Shown: positions 11,952 through 21,922 of the stretch, piece after piece | How positions within the stretch are numbered: position 1 is the stretch's first letter | How the letters are laid out: every line of letters starts with the position of its first letter | NCBI RefSeq assembly: GCF_003018235.1 | Contig: NZ_CP027437.1 | Direction: 5' to 3' (one strand) | Source: Escherichia coli | GTDB lineage: Bacteria > Pseudomonadota > Gammaproteobacteria > Enterobacterales > Enterobacteriaceae | DNA: 64,000 nucleotides | The notes under the pieces: generated by a model | Database searches by the model: none | What the model was told of the DNA's origin: nothing | What the model saw: only the letters and a program-made list of their open reading frames with translations | Position numbers and translations under genes: made by a program

Positions 11952-13229
11952 TTACTTGCTGCTAGCCATAGCAGGGGCGCTATCAGCAGTACGAATTTTT
12001 TGGAACAGCAAAAAGGTAAAGACGATCACCATGGCAAGCGCCGCCATGCCCATCAGCCACATATTGCGGTAGGCTTCTGCAGCGGGCAGGGTGTCTTGCC
12101 AGTAGCCGATAATCGGGTAAACGAAGACATCCGGCAGGAATCCAATCACCGAACAAATACCTACCGTGGTGCCCATAATGTAAGACGGTGTTCTCGCTTC
12201 GCCAGGGCAGGCCCAGTACAGCCCGCGTGAGGCGTAACAGGTGAATCCCAGCAGTAAAATCAGGCCAATCCCCATCGCGACCGATTGCGGGTTAGAGTTC
12301 GTGACGAGCAGGGCAGTTAACGCCAGCAAGCCGAGTACGGAAAGGATTTGGATCACGCGGGTAGGGGATTTCACTTTGCTGTAAGTGGTGATAATGCCGC
12401 CAAGCGGACCGCACAGTGCGCGGAAGATTTTGTTGATCACAATCCCCATGTAGCTCGCCGCCACCAGCGACATACCGTACATTTCGGTCAGATAGTTGGT
12501 GGAGTAACTCAGAATGGCGTAGATGGTGAAGACACCAAAAATCACCATGCTGCAATACCAGGTGGTGCTGATGCGCAAAACGGCCAGGATGTCGCTAAGC
12601 TGGAATGACTGTTTTTCTTCGTTATTGGTATTGCGTAGGTTGTTGTTATCGCTAACAAAAAACCAACACAAAATGCCCAGCAGAATGTAAACCACACTAT
12701 AGATAATAATGACCGTTTTCAGGCTGGCGCTGTCATCCGGTGCAAAGCGAGAAAAGACCCACATGGTAAACACCGCCAGCGACATTACACCGACGCCGCG
12801 CAGCCCTTCCATCCAGCCCATAATTTTCCCTTGCTCGCTATGATCGCCCAGCAACGATGCGGCTTTAATCGACACCGACCACAGCATTAAAATCGTCGTT
12901 ATCGCAAAGGCGACCTGAATACAGAGCATTACCCACAGCGGTGGATATGTTGCCATTAACAGACCCAGTAATCCGGTAATGATCATCGCGGAAGTAATCA
13001 TTTTGCGGTGTGAAAATTTATCGGCAATAACGCCGCTGGGGGCATAAAGAATAATAGCCGCAATACCAAAGGTACTCATTATTAAACCTATCTCGGTATT
13101 GCTGAATCCCATAAATTTCGCCATGGGAATTTGATAAATATAACGTAAATAAGCCAGGTCGAAACTAACGCCGCCGCTAAAACTAATTATCGCGAGGGTT
13201 ATCCAACGGCGATATGAGTTGTGTTGCAT
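11952..13229 (-). CDS. yqcE: MFS-family transporter
   Basis: 425-aa ORF with multiple hydrophobic helices; synteny next to ygcE. Confidence 0.85.
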   Translation of the reverse strand: MQHNSYRRWITLAIISFSGGVSFDLAYLRYIYQIPMAKFMGFSNTEIGLIMSTFGIAAIILYAPSGVIADKFSHRKMITSAMIITGLLGLLMATYPPLWVMLCIQVAFAITTILMLWSVSIKAASLLGDHSEQGKIMGWMEGLRGVGVMSLAVFTMWVFSRFAPDDSASLKTVIIIYSVVYILLGILCWFFVSDNNNLRNTNNEEKQSFQLSDILAVLRISTTWYCSMVIFGVFTIYAILSYSTNYLTEMYGMSLVAASYMGIVINKIFRALCGPLGGIITTYSKVKSPTRVIQILSVLGLLALTALLVTNSNPQSVAMGIGLILLLGFTCYASRGLYWACPGEARTPSYIMGTTVGICSVIGFLPDVFVYPIIGYWQDTLPAAEAYRNMWLMGMAALAMVIVFTFLLFQKIRTADSAPAMASSK

Positions 13230-13407
13230 ATCGTATTCCCATTTGTAATAGACAAAAAAAAGAGAAAAGTAAGCCGCCCTTTCAGGTGGATTACTTTTCT
13301 CAGGTCTCTAGTAATTGCAATAAGAAATAACATGGAAAGTAGTGGTGTTGTGTGAGAGTAATCACGCTTCTGCTTTTTAAAATTATTTGACAATTCGAAT
13401 ATCACAC

Positions 13408-13423
13408 TGTGATTACGATCACA
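13408..13423. promoter_or_regulatory. Candidate CRP binding site in the yqcE/ygcW divergent region
   Basis: tgtgattacgatcaca = TGTGA-N6-TCACA, perfect match to both CRP consensus half-sites. Confidence 0.5.
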
Positions 13424-13440
13424 TTAGCGATTATGCCCTT

Positions 13441-13523
13441 ATGATAAAAATTATCTCCAGTTACCAGAGATAATGAGAAAGGTAACTTCCCTCTCGCGGG
13501 GGAAGTTACCTTTCTTTTTTTTT
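13441..13523 (+). promoter_or_regulatory. Attenuator-like leader upstream of ygcW: hairpin, alternative pairing, intrinsic terminator, possible 10-codon leader ORF
   Basis: Hairpin 1 attatctc/gagataat (13450-13474); terminator stem ggtaacttccc/gggaagttacc (13481-13510) followed by a 13-nt T-rich tract (tttc + 9 T, 13511-13523); agttacc in the hairpin-1 loop is complementary to the terminator 5' arm; ORF MIKIISSYQR at 13441-13473. Confidence 0.45.
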
Positions 13524-13547
13524 GCCTTACGGAAATTGGAGCTAACT

Positions 13548-14333
13548 ATGTCAATCGAATCTCTCAATGCGTTCTCAATGGATTTTTTCTCCCTGAAAGG
13601 TAAAACCGCAATTGTTACCGGCGGGAATAGCGGTTTAGGCCAGGCATTTGCCATGGCGCTGGCCAAAGCAGGCGCAAATATCTTTATTCCAAGCTTCGTT
13701 AAAGATAACGGTGAAACAAAGGAAATGATTGAAAAACAGGGTGTTGAGGTGGACTTCATGCAGGTGGATATCACCGCAGAAGGCGCGCCGCAGAAGATAA
13801 TCGCCGCCTGTTGCGAACGTTTCGGTACCGTCGATATTCTGATTAACAATGCCGGTATTTGTAAGCTGAATAAGGTGCTGGACTTCGGTCGTGCCGACTG
13901 GGACCCGATGATTGATGTGAACCTGACCGCCGCATTCGAGTTAAGCTATGAAGCTGCAAAAATTATGATCCCGCAGAAAAGCGGTAAAATCATTAATATC
14001 TGTTCATTATTCTCTTACTTAGGTGGACAATGGTCACCTGCATATTCTGCCACTAAACATGCTCTTGCCGGGTTCACCAAAGCTTATTGTGATGAACTAG
14101 GTCAATATAATATTCAGGTAAATGGTATTGCTCCGGGATATTACGCTACCGATATCACTCTGGCGACCCGTAGTAATCCAGAAACTAACCAGCGCGTTCT
14201 TGATCATATTCCGGCAAACCGTTGGGGCGATACTCAGGATTTAATGGGCGCAGCCGTATTCCTCGCAAGTCCGGCATCGAATTATGTCAACGGACATTTA
14301 TTAGTGGTTGATGGCGGTTATTTAGTGCGCTAA
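13548..14333 (+). CDS. ygcW: Short-chain dehydrogenase/reductase (SDR) family oxidoreductase
   Basis: Start set at MSIESLNAF... (261 aa) with RBS ggag; TGGNSGLG Rossmann motif. Confidence 0.85.
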   Translation: MSIESLNAFSMDFFSLKGKTAIVTGGNSGLGQAFAMALAKAGANIFIPSFVKDNGETKEMIEKQGVEVDFMQVDITAEGAPQKIIAACCERFGTVDILINNAGICKLNKVLDFGRADWDPMIDVNLTAAFELSYEAAKIMIPQKSGKIINICSLFSYLGGQWSPAYSATKHALAGFTKAYCDELGQYNIQVNGIAPGYYATDITLATRSNPETNQRVLDHIPANRWGDTQDLMGAAVFLASPASNYVNGHLLVVDGGYLVR

Positions 14334-14402
14334 TCCATAACGGTGGTTTCTGTTTTCTCTTATTAATGATTATTCCATTTTTATTATCAGGAAGGAATTA
14401 CT

Positions 14403-15857
14403 ATGTCTTTATCTCGCGCAGCGATTGTCGACCAGCTAAAGGAAATTGTTGGTGCAGATCGCGTAATTACCGATGAAACAGTATTAAAGAAGAACAGTAT
14501 TGACCGTTTTCGCAAATTTCCGGATATTCATGGCATTTATACTTTGCCGATTCCGGCAGCGGTCGTAAAACTCGGTTCCACAGAACAAGTATCCCGTGTG
14601 CTGAATTTTATGAATGCGCACAAAATTAACGGTGTGCCGCGTACCGGTGCTTCCGCTACCGAAGGTGGGCTGGAAACCGTTGTGGAAAACTCGGTGGTGC
14701 TCGACGGCTCTGCCATGAATCAAATCATTAATATTGATATTGAGAATATGCAGGCCACGGCGCAATGCGGAGTTCCGCTGGAAGTGCTGGAAAACGCGTT
14801 GCGTGAAAAAGGTTACACCACGGGGCATTCTCCGCAGTCAAAGCCGCTGGCGCAGATGGGCGGCCTGGTAGCAACCCGCAGTATCGGGCAGTTCTCCACA
14901 CTCTACGGCGCAATCGAAGATATGGTCGTTGGTCTGGAAGCAGTATTGGCTGATGGCACCGTAACACGCATTAAAAACGTACCACGCCGCGCGGCAGGCC
15001 CGGACATTCGTCACATCATCATCGGCAACGAAGGTGCATTGTGCTATATCACTGAAGTAACTGTGAAAATCTTTAAGTTCACCCCGGAAAACAACCTCTT
15101 CTACGGCTATATCCTGGAAGACATGAAAACCGGCTTCAACATCCTGCGTGAAATCATGGTGGAAGGGTATCGTCCGTCGATCGCTCGTTTGTATGACGCT
15201 GAAGATGGCACCCAACACTTCACCCATTTTGCTGACGGAAAATGCGTGCTGATCTTTATGGCTGAAGGTAACCCTCGCATTGCGAAGGCGACGGGCGAAG
15301 GGATTGCTGAAATCGTGGCACGTTACCCGCAATGCCAGCGAGTGGACAGCAAGCTGATCGAAACCTGGTTTAACAACCTGAACTGGGGACCGGATAAAGT
15401 GGCCGCTGAACGTGTGCAGATCCTCAAAACCGGCAACATGGGCTTTACCACCGAAGTGTCCGGCTGCTGGAGCTGCATCCACGAAATCTACGAAAGCGTT
15501 ATTAACCGTATTCGTACCGAGTTCCCGCACGCCGACGACATCACCATGCTGGGCGGTCACTCCTCTCACAGCTACCAGAACGGCACCAACATGTACTTCG
15601 TTTACGACTACAACGTTGTTGACTGTAAGCCGGAAGAGGAAATCGACAAGTACCACAATCCGCTCAACAAAATCATCTGCGAAGAAACCATTCGCCTCGG
15701 CGGTTCGATGGTGCACCACCACGGTATTGGTAAACATCGCGTTCACTGGAGCAAACTGGAACACGGCAGCGCGTGGACGTTGCTGGAAGGTCTGAAAAAA
15801 CAGTTCGATCCTAACGGCATTATGAATACGGGTACTATCTATCCGATTGAAAAATAA
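14403..15857 (+). CDS. ygcU: FAD-linked oxidase (alkyl-DHAP synthase-like)
   Basis: 484-aa ORF; FAD-binding PCMH-type domain. Confidence 0.85.
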   Translation: MSLSRAAIVDQLKEIVGADRVITDETVLKKNSIDRFRKFPDIHGIYTLPIPAAVVKLGSTEQVSRVLNFMNAHKINGVPRTGASATEGGLETVVENSVVLDGSAMNQIINIDIENMQATAQCGVPLEVLENALREKGYTTGHSPQSKPLAQMGGLVATRSIGQFSTLYGAIEDMVVGLEAVLADGTVTRIKNVPRRAAGPDIRHIIIGNEGALCYITEVTVKIFKFTPENNLFYGYILEDMKTGFNILREIMVEGYRPSIARLYDAEDGTQHFTHFADGKCVLIFMAEGNPRIAKATGEGIAEIVARYPQCQRVDSKLIETWFNNLNWGPDKVAAERVQILKTGNMGFTTEVSGCWSCIHEIYESVINRIRTEFPHADDITMLGGHSSHSYQNGTNMYFVYDYNVVDCKPEEEIDKYHNPLNKIICEETIRLGGSMVHHHGIGKHRVHWSKLEHGSAWTLLEGLKKQFDPNGIMNTGTIYPIEK

Positions 15858-15950
15858 TGTGTGAGGCAGCGTTCCGCTATGACGGGGCGTTGCCTTTTCG
15901 GCTTCTCAGGCGAGAAGCCGTTCTTATTACCGGACAATGAAGGGGTAAAG

Positions 15951-17288
15951 ATGAACACTTCACCGGTGCGAATGGATGATTTACCGCTTAACCGTTTTCA
16001 CTGTCGAATTGCTGCGCTCACTTTCGGCGCGCACCTGACCGACGGTTATGTTCTCGGCGTCATTGGTTACGCCATTATTCAGCTTACGCCCGCCATGCAA
16101 CTGACGCCGTTAATGGCGGGAATGATTGGCGGCTCGGCGCTCCTTGGTTTGTTTCTTGGCAGCCTGGTTCTTGGATGGATCTCCGACCATATTGGTCGGC
16201 AAAAAATCTTCACCTTCAGCTTTTTGCTGATTACGCTCGCTTCGTTTTTACAATATTTTGCCACCACGCCAGAGCATCTTATAGGACTACGCATTTTGAT
16301 TGGCATTGGTCTGGGAGGCGATTACTCAGTAGGTCACACTTTGCTGGCTGAATTTTCTCCGCGCCGCCATCGCGGTGTTTTGCTGGGCGCGTTCAGCGTG
16401 GTGTGGACCGTAGGCTATGTGTTAGCAAGTATTGCCGGACATCACTTTATTAGCGAAAGCCCGGAGGCCTGGCGCTGGCTGCTGGCATCGGCAGCTCTGC
16501 CCGCGTTGTTGATTACGTTATTACGCTGGGGAACGCCAGAATCGCCACGCTGGCTACTGCGCCAGGGGCGTTTTGCAGAAGCTCACGCTATCGTGCATCG
16601 CTATTTTGGTCCCCATGTTTTACTGGGCGATGAAGTGGCAACGGCGACCCATAAACACATCAAAACCTTGTTCTCTTCGCGCTACTGGCGGCGCACAGCG
16701 TTTAACAGCGTCTTCTTTGTCTGCCTCGTAATCCCATGGTTTGTGATTTATACCTGGCTGCCAACTATCGCCCAGACTATTGGACTGGAAGATGCGCTGA
16801 CTGCCAGCCTGATGCTTAATGCGTTGTTAATTGTGGGCGCGCTGTTGGGATTAGTTCTGACGCACCTGCTGGCACATCGCAAATTTTTGCTGGGAAGTTT
16901 TTTGCTGCTGGCGGCAACGCTGGTCGTGATGGCCTGTTTGCCTTCCGGCAGTTCATTAACGCTGCTGCTTTTTGTTCTCTTCAGCACCACCATTTCGGCA
17001 GTCAGTAATCTGGTGGGCATTTTGCCTGCGGAAAGTTTTCCTACTGACATTCGCTCGCTGGGCGTCGGTTTTGCCACCGCCATGAGTCGACTTGGCGCGG
17101 CGGTAAGTACTGGCCTGCTGCCGTGGGTGCTGGCGCAGTGGGGAATGCAAGTCACCTTATTGCTCCTGGCGGCAGTGTTGTTGGTTGGTTTTGTTGTGAC
17201 CTGGCTATGGGCACCAGAAACCAAAGCACTCCCGCTGGTGGCGGCGGGAAATGTAGGAGGTGCGAATGAACATTCTGTTAGCGTTTAA
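15951..17288 (+). CDS. ygcS: MFS-family transporter
   Basis: ORF 15861-17288; start set at MNTSPVRMDDLPLNRF (445 aa); 12-TM-like hydrophobic profile. Confidence 0.8.
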   Translation: MNTSPVRMDDLPLNRFHCRIAALTFGAHLTDGYVLGVIGYAIIQLTPAMQLTPLMAGMIGGSALLGLFLGSLVLGWISDHIGRQKIFTFSFLLITLASFLQYFATTPEHLIGLRILIGIGLGGDYSVGHTLLAEFSPRRHRGVLLGAFSVVWTVGYVLASIAGHHFISESPEAWRWLLASAALPALLITLLRWGTPESPRWLLRQGRFAEAHAIVHRYFGPHVLLGDEVATATHKHIKTLFSSRYWRRTAFNSVFFVCLVIPWFVIYTWLPTIAQTIGLEDALTASLMLNALLIVGALLGLVLTHLLAHRKFLLGSFLLLAATLVVMACLPSGSSLTLLLFVLFSTTISAVSNLVGILPAESFPTDIRSLGVGFATAMSRLGAAVSTGLLPWVLAQWGMQVTLLLLAAVLLVGFVVTWLWAPETKALPLVAAGNVGGANEHSVSV

Positions 17289-18045
17289 AGCCGAACCGGA
17301 TGCCGGAATGCTGGCGGAAAAAGAGTGGCAGGCGGCGGCTCAGGGTAATAGCGGACCGGATGTTTCGCTACTGCGAAGTTTACTCGGTGCTGATGAACAG
17401 GCTGCCGCCGCGCTGCTGTTGGCGCAGAGAAAAAACGGTACGTCGATGTCTTTAACCGCGTTGAGCATGGGGGATGAACGGGCGTTGCACTGGCTGCGCT
17501 ATCTCATGGCTCTTGGGTTTGAGGAAGCTGTATTGCTGGAGACGGCGGCAGATCTGCGCTTTGCGCCGGAATTTGTCGCTCGCCATATTGCCGAATGGCA
17601 GCGTCAGAATCCGCTGGATCTGATAATTACCGGCTGCCAAAGCAGCGAAGGGCAGAATGGGCAAACGCCATTTTTGCTGGCGGAAATGCTGGGCTGGCCC
17701 TGCTTCACCCAGGTGGAGCGTTTCACTCTCGACGCGCCGTTTATCACCCTCGAACAGCGTACTGAACATGGGCTGCGCTGTTGCCGGGTTCGCTTGCCTG
17801 CGGTGATTGCCGTGCGTCAGTGCGGTGAAGTGGCCTTGCCAGTACCGGGAATGCGTCAGCGAATGGCGGCGGGGAAAGCAGAAATTATCCGTAAAACTGT
17901 TGCTGCCGAATCGCCAGCGATGCTGTGTCTGCAACTGGCAAGAGCAGAGCAACGACGCGGAGCGACGCTGATTGATGGGCAAACGGTAGCAGAAAAAGCG
18001 CAAAAGCTATGGCAGGACTATTTACGCCAAAGGATGCAGCCATGA
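17266..18045 (+). CDS. ygcR: Electron-transfer flavoprotein beta-subunit-like protein (FixA-like)
   Basis: ORF 17260-18045; start set at MNILLAFK; ETF-beta family; overlaps ygcQ start. Confidence 0.8.
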   Translation: MNILLAFKAEPDAGMLAEKEWQAAAQGNSGPDVSLLRSLLGADEQAAAALLLAQRKNGTSMSLTALSMGDERALHWLRYLMALGFEEAVLLETAADLRFAPEFVARHIAEWQRQNPLDLIITGCQSSEGQNGQTPFLLAEMLGWPCFTQVERFTLDAPFITLEQRTEHGLRCCRVRLPAVIAVRQCGEVALPVPGMRQRMAAGKAEIIRKTVAAESPAMLCLQLARAEQRRGATLIDGQTVAEKAQKLWQDYLRQRMQP

Positions 18046-18902
18046 ATATCGCAATTGTGACAATAAATCAGGAGAATGCCGCAATAGTGAGCTGGCTGGC
18101 AGAACAGGATTTCAGCGGTTGTACCCTGGCACACTGGCAGATTGAACCTCAGCCCGCTGTGGCGGAACAGGTACTGGATGCGCTGGTGGAACAGTGGCAG
18201 CGAACGCCTGCGGACGTTGTTATCTTTCCGCCGGGAACGTTTGGCGATGAACTGTCGACCCGGCTGGCCTGGCGTTTACATGGTGCAAGCATCTGCCAGG
18301 TGACTTCGTTAGATATTCCAACCGTAAGCGTGCGCAAATCCCACTGGGGAAATGCGCTAACGGCGACGCTGCAAACAGAAAAACGCCCGCTATGCCTTTC
18401 GCTGGCACGTCAGGCGGGAGCAGATAAAAACGCCACGTTGCCCTCTGGTATGCAGCAACTGAACATTGTCCCAGGTGCGCTTCCCGACTGGCTGGTTAGC
18501 ATAGAAAACCTGAAAAATGTTACCCGCGACCCATTAGCTGAAGCCAGACGGGTGCTGGTGGTGGGGCAGGGCGGAGAGGCAGATAACCAGGAAATCGCTA
18601 TGCTGGTAGAAAAGCTGGGAGCCGAAGTGGGCTACAGTCGGGCGCGAGTGATGAACGGTGGCGTTGATGCCGAAAAAGTGATTGGTATTTCCGGACATTT
18701 GCTGGCACCTGAGGTGTGTATTGTTGTTGGCGCTTCCGGCGCAGCAGCGTTAATGGCGGGCGTACGCAATAGCAAGTTTGTGGTGGCGATTAATCATGAC
18801 GCCAGTGCAGCGGTATTTTCACAGGCAGATGTTGGCGTGGTTGATGACTGGAAAGTGGTGCTGGAGGCACTGGTGACAAACATTCACGCAGATTGCCAAT
18901 AA
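18042..18902 (+). CDS. ygcQ: Electron-transfer flavoprotein alpha-subunit-like protein (FixB-like)
   Basis: ORF 18009-18902; start set at MNIAIVTINQ; ETF-alpha C-terminal FAD-binding region. Confidence 0.8.
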   Translation: MNIAIVTINQENAAIVSWLAEQDFSGCTLAHWQIEPQPAVAEQVLDALVEQWQRTPADVVIFPPGTFGDELSTRLAWRLHGASICQVTSLDIPTVSVRKSHWGNALTATLQTEKRPLCLSLARQAGADKNATLPSGMQQLNIVPGALPDWLVSIENLKNVTRDPLAEARRVLVVGQGGEADNQEIAMLVEKLGAEVGYSRARVMNGGVDAEKVIGISGHLLAPEVCIVVGASGAAALMAGVRNSKFVVAINHDASAAVFSQADVGVVDDWKVVLEALVTNIHADCQ

Positions 18903-18904
18903 CG

Positions 18905-19015
18905 TGCAGCCGGATGATCCTGCCTACGGTTCTGGGCTGGGGACTTGTAAGCCTGATAAGACGCGTCAAGCGTCGCATCAGGCGCTGAATGTCGGATGTG
19001 GCGTGCAGCCTACAA
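18905..19015. repeat. REP/BIME-type palindromic repeats between convergent ygcQ and ygcP
   Basis: gcctgataagacgcgtcaagcgtcgcatcaggc and cggatgtggcgtgcagcctac-type REP units. Confidence 0.7.
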
Positions 19016-19049
19016 ATCACACCAAATTCAACTTGTTACGATTATCCCG

Positions 19050-19625
19050 TCAAAGCAATTTTTTCGCTAACGTCCAGACCCCGGTATTCGTGGTGGAAAG
19101 CGCCACGACACCTGCGTTAATCGCATTACGCGCATCTTCTTCATCGCACACCAGCCCGCCAGCAATCAGCGGTTGGCGGATTTTCTCCGTTACCCAGCCC
19201 AGCACTTTGGGCATACAGCCAGGCAGGATCTCAATACAATCCGGATTCGATTGCGCAACTTGCTTATCAATGTTGTGAAACGAAATCGAATCAACAATAA
19301 ACAGGCGATGAATACAGAAAAAACCTTCCGCTCTTGCCGCTTTCAGCATTGAGGCTTTGGTACTGATAATGCCGTCCGCCTCGGTCACCAGTTTCAGAAA
19401 CTGAATCACCACTTCTTTGTTCGATGCGCCTTCCAGCAAATCAACATGAATAAAGGCATATTTTCCGGCGTGTTTAATCTTTTTCACGATTTGACTAATG
19501 GTGCAGATATTGCCGTACAACACGGAAATAAACTGGCATTCAGAATCGATTGCCAGTTGCAGGCTGGCATTATCTTTAACGGCAGCAATCACCGGATTCT
19601 GGCGGAGCAGGTGTAAGAGGGGCAT
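19050..19625 (-). CDS. ygcP: GlpP-like antiterminator-family regulatory protein
   Basis: 191-aa ORF; G3P-antiterminator (GlpP) family similarity. Confidence 0.8.
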   Translation of the reverse strand: MPLLHLLRQNPVIAAVKDNASLQLAIDSECQFISVLYGNICTISQIVKKIKHAGKYAFIHVDLLEGASNKEVVIQFLKLVTEADGIISTKASMLKAARAEGFFCIHRLFIVDSISFHNIDKQVAQSNPDCIEILPGCMPKVLGWVTEKIRQPLIAGGLVCDEEDARNAINAGVVALSTTNTGVWTLAKKLL

Positions 19626-19641
19626 AAATTATCCTTATTAT

Positions 19642-19902
19642 TTATCCAAAGCGGTAGGTGATGCCGAATCCGGAAGGCGGATAGCGCCACTGTTGTAGTG
19701 TTGATTCGTCACACAGCAAACGGCAGGTGCCACACTCCAGGCAGCCGCGATAATCAACGCGTAAGTCACCTTCCGGTGTGAGCGAAAAAAGACCTGCCGG
19801 ACAGGCGTTAATCAACCGTTGTACCATCTGACGCTCAACGGAGTCAGCCGGAACAATGTGCGGCGCATCGGCAACGCGCCAGAGATTACGGGCTACAGAC
19901 AT
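19642..19902 (-). CDS. ygcO: Ferredoxin-like protein (FixX-like)
   Basis: ORF 19642-19938; start set at MSVARNLW (86 aa); CxxC...C cysteine pattern. Confidence 0.75.
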   Translation of the reverse strand: MSVARNLWRVADAPHIVPADSVERQMVQRLINACPAGLFSLTPEGDLRVDYRGCLECGTCRLLCDESTLQQWRYPPSGFGITYRFG

Positions 19903-21164
19903 CGCAGACTCCTGATAACATCGCCCGCCAGATGCCACAGGCCGTGACGACGTAAATGACGCCAGAATAACTGGCGCAGCGATGGAACAGGTTTATCACC
20001 CTGATCCCATAAATCGCGGGAAATATCCTGCATTAACGCAGGCCACGCACGGTACCATCCAGGGCGTTGCAAAAGCGCCGGAACATGCTGATAACGTTGT
20101 AGAACATCCCATAGCAGGCTGCGCTCGACGTTGTGATGATAAAGCGGAAACAGATTTTGCGGCTCGCGGTGCTGGCAGGCGCTTATCAGCGTTTGTGCCG
20201 CCGCCTGTGCGCCAGCCAGCGCCATATCCATACCGCGCACGGAAATTCCGGTATTGACGCAACTGCGCAACGCATCGCCCACCAGCAGCCAGCCGTTACC
20301 GGCGTATTGCACTGGCATACTGTGCAAGCCACCTTCTGGCACCAGATGCGCACCATACTCCAGTGATTCCGTGTTTTTGATAAGCGGGCGCACTGCCGGA
20401 TGCGTTTTAAAGCGAGCCAGCAGCTCGCTTGCCGGAACACGACTTTGCGTAAGGGAAGAGAGCGGGCAAACAATCCCTAACGAGAGCGTTTGTTGATTAG
20501 TATAAAGAAATGCGCCGCCGGGTAAGTCATCACAGATCCTGCCGCTGAACAGCAACGCTGCGCCTTCGTTATTCTCCAGATGAAAACGTTCTTCAATAGC
20601 GGATGTTTCCAGCGACAGCACTTCTTTGATCCCCAACGCCATCGCTTCGCCAGCAGGACGAGTCACTAACCCGTGACGTTCAGCCAGGACGCTGTTGGCA
20701 CCTTCTGCCAGCACCACATAACGGGCGCGGAGAATATCGTCACCACAAATGACACCACACACCCTGCCGTTTTCTTCATACAGCGCATCCACCGTCGCAC
20801 CAGGGATGCATTCGACACCTTCTTTTTCGGCTTCGGCAACCAGCCACGGATCGAACCGTGCACGTAATACACTCCAGGATTCACCGCCGGGCTGTAAGCT
20901 GGAAAACGTCGTTGCGCCATCCGGCGTTAGCAGAGAAAGGCTTTCGTGAGTGATGCGTCGTTCAAGAGGCGCGGTCAGATGAAATTGCGGGAGGAGTTCC
21001 GCGAGTGCATGGGTATATAACCGCCCGCCGGAAAGATTTTTGCTGCCGGGGATTTCAGCGCGTTCCAGTAACAAAACGGATAAACCCGCTCGCGCGCAGT
21101 GTAACGCGCAAGCGGTGCCTGCAATACCGGCACCAATAATAATAATGTCGCAGTCGTCTTCCAT
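19893..21164 (-). CDS. ygcN: FAD-dependent oxidoreductase (FixC/ETF-QO-like)
   Basis: ORF 19893-21194; start set at MEDDCDIIIIGAGIAGTACAL (FAD-binding GxGxxG). Confidence 0.8.
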   Translation of the reverse strand: MEDDCDIIIIGAGIAGTACALHCARAGLSVLLLERAEIPGSKNLSGGRLYTHALAELLPQFHLTAPLERRITHESLSLLTPDGATTFSSLQPGGESWSVLRARFDPWLVAEAEKEGVECIPGATVDALYEENGRVCGVICGDDILRARYVVLAEGANSVLAERHGLVTRPAGEAMALGIKEVLSLETSAIEERFHLENNEGAALLFSGRICDDLPGGAFLYTNQQTLSLGIVCPLSSLTQSRVPASELLARFKTHPAVRPLIKNTESLEYGAHLVPEGGLHSMPVQYAGNGWLLVGDALRSCVNTGISVRGMDMALAGAQAAAQTLISACQHREPQNLFPLYHHNVERSLLWDVLQRYQHVPALLQRPGWYRAWPALMQDISRDLWDQGDKPVPSLRQLFWRHLRRHGLWHLAGDVIRSLRCL

Positions 21165-21241
21165 GTCATGCCCCGGATATCCAGAACACAACACCCTAAC
21201 ATAGCGTTACTTAAGGGAAATTGACCGCCGACATACTCTTA

Positions 21242-21607
21242 TCATTCGCCGCGATAGATGCAACCTGCGGTGCAGGTTTCTTTCACCATAACCGCACTTA
21301 ACAGCGGAACAACCGGTTTAACCTGATCCCAAATCCATTTTGCTAAAACTTCGCTGGTTGGGTTTTCCAGACCTGGAATATCATTGAGATAATGGTGATC
21401 GAGGCGCTCATAAGTTGGCTTAAACGCCGCTTTCAGTTCAGCGAAATCGATAATCCAGCCCGTATGCGGATCGACTTCCCCGGTAATTTCCAGTCGCACC
21501 ATAAAGGAATGCCCGTGCAGGCGACCACATTTATGCCCTTCCGGGACGTGTGGTAAGCGGTGAGCGGCTTCGAAGGTGAAATCTTTAAATAACGTGGTGG
21601 ACATCAT
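21242..21607 (-). CDS. queD: 6-carboxy-5,6,7,8-tetrahydropterin synthase (queuosine biosynthesis)
   Basis: ORF 21242-21691; start set at [18 protein letters not shown] (121 aa); PTPS family CxxxHGH motif. Confidence 0.9.
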   Translation of the reverse strand: MMSTTLFKDFTFEAAHRLPHVPEGHKCGRLHGHSFMVRLEITGEVDPHTGWIIDFAELKAAFKPTYERLDHHYLNDIPGLENPTSEVLAKWIWDQVKPVVPLLSAVMVKETCTAGCIYRGE

Positions 21608-21922
21608 AATTTCTCTACAGGACGATAAAACCGCCGTAGAGTACCGGAAAGGCTGTTTTTTCGCATTATCTAAAACGACTTTGTTGCGCAAAATCGCTGA
21701 TTTATCTTAATGATTGGCTAAATTCATTTGTTTTTCATTGGGTTGGTTAATCTGTTTTGTTGTTAAAGACTATTGCTAAAACAGGTTAGTCGATTTGGTT
21801 ATTAGTTATCGCTATCCCGTCTTTAATCCACACCGTTCACCCCGTTAACCTTACCTTCTCTTCTGTTTTATGGGCGCTGACAGGGCGCAGAAACAGCTTT
21901 GCTTACTGGAACATAACGACGC

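Noticed and set aside
13433-13444. Three-codon ORF (MPL-stop) in the ygcW leader
   Set aside because: Too short to evaluate and no RBS; the 10-codon ORF in the other frame is reported only as part of the attenuator hypothesis
14838-15764. 308-aa ORF antisense to ygcU
   Set aside because: Embedded antisense frame with valine/histidine-rich low-complexity translation
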